The notes beneath the pieces were generated by a model. That model saw only the letters and a list, made by a program, of their open reading frames with translations. It made no database searches and was not told where the DNA came from. The position numbers and the translations under genes were made by a program. Source: a virus (Duplodnaviria > Caudoviricetes). From it: a DNA stretch of 26,326 bases. Below are positions 24,060-26,326 of this stretch, piece by piece (positions within the stretch are counted from its first letter, which is position 1; the number at the start of each line of letters is the position of its first letter). Location: the IMG/VR virus record IMGVR_UViG_3300037751_000123, positions 1 through 26,326 of that record. One strand, 5' to 3'.

Positions 24060-24305
24060 TTAGAAGAAATTATCGATGTTGACCATCACCTTACAGATGG
24101 CATGCTGGTAAAAAGTGTTCTTCCAACCGAAGTTGGCGCGGTATTTGTTGGGGACATATTCGCCGGTGGTGAATTTGCGGTAGCCGGGGCGGGTGGTGGA
24201 GAGGACTTTGCTGTCGTCGCCGACAATGATTTCAGTGGCGCGATTCATGTGAGCGGTACGGGCGATTTGGTTTGCGGTTTTGATTGCTTTCTTTGAGTTC
24301 TTCAT
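24060..24305 (-). CDS. First early gene, hypothetical (81 aa)
   Basis: GAGGAG RBS in conserved leader copy 2; ATG 24305 (MKNSKKAIK...). Confidence 0.65.
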   Translation of the reverse strand: MKNSKKAIKTANQIARTAHMNRATEIIVGDDSKVLSTTRPGYRKFTTGEYVPNKYRANFGWKNTFYQHAICKVMVNIDNFF

Positions 24306-24349
24306 GATCAGCTCCTCTAAAGGTTTTATGATCGGTGGGCTATATGCCC

Positions 24350-24565
24350 TTTTCTTACCCTCAGTATAATTGATTACGCTAAAAATAAAAAGAAAAAAAT
24401 ATAAAAAGTTAAAAATATTTATCTGTAAGCATTTCAAAAGGTTACGCCATGTCTCCCCTTAAAACCAGTAGACACCCCCAAAAATAATATATTATTTTAT
24501 CTGCAAACATACAGGAAACATCAACCTGAAACCCTTGGGCACCAACCGGAGCGAGACAAACAGAT
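24350..24565. promoter_or_regulatory. AT-rich divergent control region between the early/replication and packaging genes
   Basis: Strand switch; minus-strand TATACT at ~24363-24368 preceded by long T tracts. Confidence 0.55.
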
Positions 24566-25192
24566 ATGAATACATGTCCCTCTCCTCAGCATGTTAAGCG
24601 AAGACGCTCCGGTGGTGCCAGCCTCCCAACCAATGATATGAAATCCCCGACACCAAGAAAGAGAACAGCCCCCCATATACAATCCCGCGCCGAAGCAATA
24701 GAAGCTATCCGTCAGCAGTTAGTGGCCTCTAATCAGTTCTGGAAGGTACGATCAACTGCTGGACGTAAACCAATATTCCCCACCCCGGAAGCATTATGGC
24801 GGGCTTGCGTTGAGTATTTCGATTGGGTTGCGGCACATCCTCTACTTGAAGCCCAGGCGTTTGCGTATCAAGGTGAGATAACAGAGAACACCTTGCCTAA
24901 GATGAGGGCAATGACGATAGGGGGGTTATGCATCTTCCTTGACATCAGTCCAATGACATGGGGGGATTACAAGAACAATAAGGACGGTGTATTTACTTAT
25001 ATCTGTGGGCAGGTTGAGCAAGTAATAAGGGAGCAGAAGTTCACGGGAGCCGCTGCTGGCCTCCTGAATCACGCCATCATCGCAAGGGATCTCGGGCTGG
25101 TGGATAAGAAGGATTTGACAAGCGGTGGCGGGGCACTCCCCGCAGGCAGCAGCGTAGTAATAGTTCTTCCCGGCAAAGAGGCGATTGAATAG
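24566..25192 (+). CDS. terS: Terminase small subunit (P22 gp3-like)
   Basis: NQFWKVRSTAGRKPIF, LWRACVEYFDWV, KMRAMTIGGLCIFLDI, QKFTGAAAGLLNHAIIARDLGL; directly upstream of terL. True start may be ATG 24638. Confidence 0.88.
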   Translation: MNTCPSPQHVKRRRSGGASLPTNDMKSPTPRKRTAPHIQSRAEAIEAIRQQLVASNQFWKVRSTAGRKPIFPTPEALWRACVEYFDWVAAHPLLEAQAFAYQGEITENTLPKMRAMTIGGLCIFLDISPMTWGDYKNNKDGVFTYICGQVEQVIREQKFTGAAAGLLNHAIIARDLGLVDKKDLTSGGGALPAGSSVVIVLPGKEAIE

Positions 25193-26326
25193 TGACGGCC
25201 CCCATCCCACCCACTGTGACGAAAGTCACGCCGCAGCCCGGCCCGCAGACACAGTTCTTGAGCTGTAACGCGGATGTCGTGTTTTATGGCGGCAGCGCAG
25301 GTGGGGGCAAGTCCTATGCGTTATTGTTGGAACCCCTTTACCATTTCAGCAACCCCAAGTTCGGCGCCGTCATCTTCCGCCGCACCACGAAACAGATCAC
25401 CAACGAAGGCGGCCTCTGGGATGAAGCCTCTGAGCTATATGATGGCATCGGCGGTAAGCTGAACCAAGTGGATCTCACCTCTGTGTTCCCCTCCGGCATG
25501 AAAGTCACATTCGCCCATATGGAGCACGAGAAGCACCGGTTCGGTTGGCAGGGTGCGCAGATACCTTTGATTGGTTTCGATGAACTCACCCACTTCACCT
25601 GGAAACAGTTCATTTATATGTTGTCCAGGAACCGCTCGGTGTCTGGTGTCCCTGGCCGTATCAGGGGGACGTGCAACCCCGATCCTGATTCCTGGGTGCG
25701 CAACTTCATTGATTGGTGGATTGGCAGCGATGGCTACGTTATCCCGGAGCGGTCTGGAGTCATCCGCTGGTTTATTGTTGACGGCGAAGACATTATATGG
25801 GCGTCAACAAAGCAAGAGCTGCTTGATCGGAACCCCAACGCCCTCCCCAAGTCGTTCACATTTATCCGCTCCAGCGTATTCGACAATAAGATTCTGTTGG
25901 AGAAAGACCCCGGTTACCTCGCCAACCTCCACGCGTTGACTCGGGTGGAAAAGGCGCAGCTCCTCGACGGCAACTGGAACGTAAGGCCCACGGCAGGCAG
26001 TTACTTCAAGCGGTCGGATTTCGAGGTTGTAGACGCTGTCCCGGCTGGAGCCAAGCGGGTGAGGGCGTGGGACCTGGCGGCAACCAAACGGACAGAAACT
26101 CACGACCAGAAGGAAAAGAAGAGCAACGACCCCGACTACACGGCGGGCGTCAAGATTTCCAAGGTGGGGAACATCTATTATATCGAGCACGTCGAGCGGT
26201 TTCGCGAGGATGCCCCCGTGGTTGCCTCCCGCCTCAAGAACACCGCGACGCAGGACGGCGTAAGGACCAAGGTGAGGCTCCCCCAAGACCCAGGGCAGGC
26301 AGGTAAGAGCCAGGCCAAGAGCTTGA
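25192..26326 (+). CDS. terL: Terminase large subunit (runs off the right edge)
   Basis: Not in the ORF track; hand translation from GTG 25192: PQPGPQTQFL, Walker A YGGSAGGGKS, IFRRT, Walker B IGFDELTHF, TCNP, nuclease motif RAWDLAA, DPDYTAG, PQDPGQAGKSQ. Confidence 0.93.
   Translation, partial: MTAPIPPTVTKVTPQPGPQTQFLSCNADVVFYGGSAGGGKSYALLLEPLYHFSNPKFGAVIFRRTTKQITNEGGLWDEASELYDGIGGKLNQVDLTSVFPSGMKVTFAHMEHEKHRFGWQGAQIPLIGFDELTHFTWKQFIYMLSRNRSVSGVPGRIRGTCNPDPDSWVRNFIDWWIGSDGYVIPERSGVIRWFIVDGEDIIWASTKQELLDRNPNALPKSFTFIRSSVFDNKILLEKDPGYLANLHALTRVEKAQLLDGNWNVRPTAGSYFKRSDFEVVDAVPAGAKRVRAWDLAATKRTETHDQKEKKSNDPDYTAGVKISKVGNIYYIEHVERFREDAPVVASRLKNTATQDGVRTKVRLPQDPGQAGKSQAKSL

Noticed and set aside
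25338-26306. Short ORFs listed over the right end of the window
   Set aside because: They are alternative frames of the terminase large subunit, which is missing from the track because it has no stop within the window.

Overview
Segment of a tailed dsDNA phage or prophage genome. Positions ~1-24305 form a leftward (minus-strand) early/replication region, separated by an AT-rich divergent intergenic region from rightward small and large terminase genes (24566 to the end). The minus-strand block encodes, in transcription order: small early ORFs, a phage sigma-like factor, a HARP-domain SNF2 helicase, DnaG-type primase, an HTH replication-initiator-like protein with iteron-like repeats, DnaB-like helicase, a radical SAM + IbrB(ParB) + IbrA(PAPS reductase) + MazG-like cassette, a beta clamp, a C5 DNA methyltransferase with a nested out-of-frame second subunit, a family A polymerase split into UDG-exonuclease and polymerase genes, a DnaX-like clamp loader, a tRNA-like RNA, and UvsY-like and gp32-like proteins. 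The most striking observation is a 310-aa intein in the DnaX P-loop. It has no in-frame endonuclease; instead a complete HNH endonuclease gene with its own RBS lies on the opposite strand, and the intein frame stays open across it. Other notable elements are a thrice-repeated phage-specific promoter motif (CCAAAACGAAACC-N8-CCRGTATAAT), a tRNA-like RNA with insertions, and duplicated or structured 5' leaders. All functional calls come from motifs recognised by eye; no searches were run.
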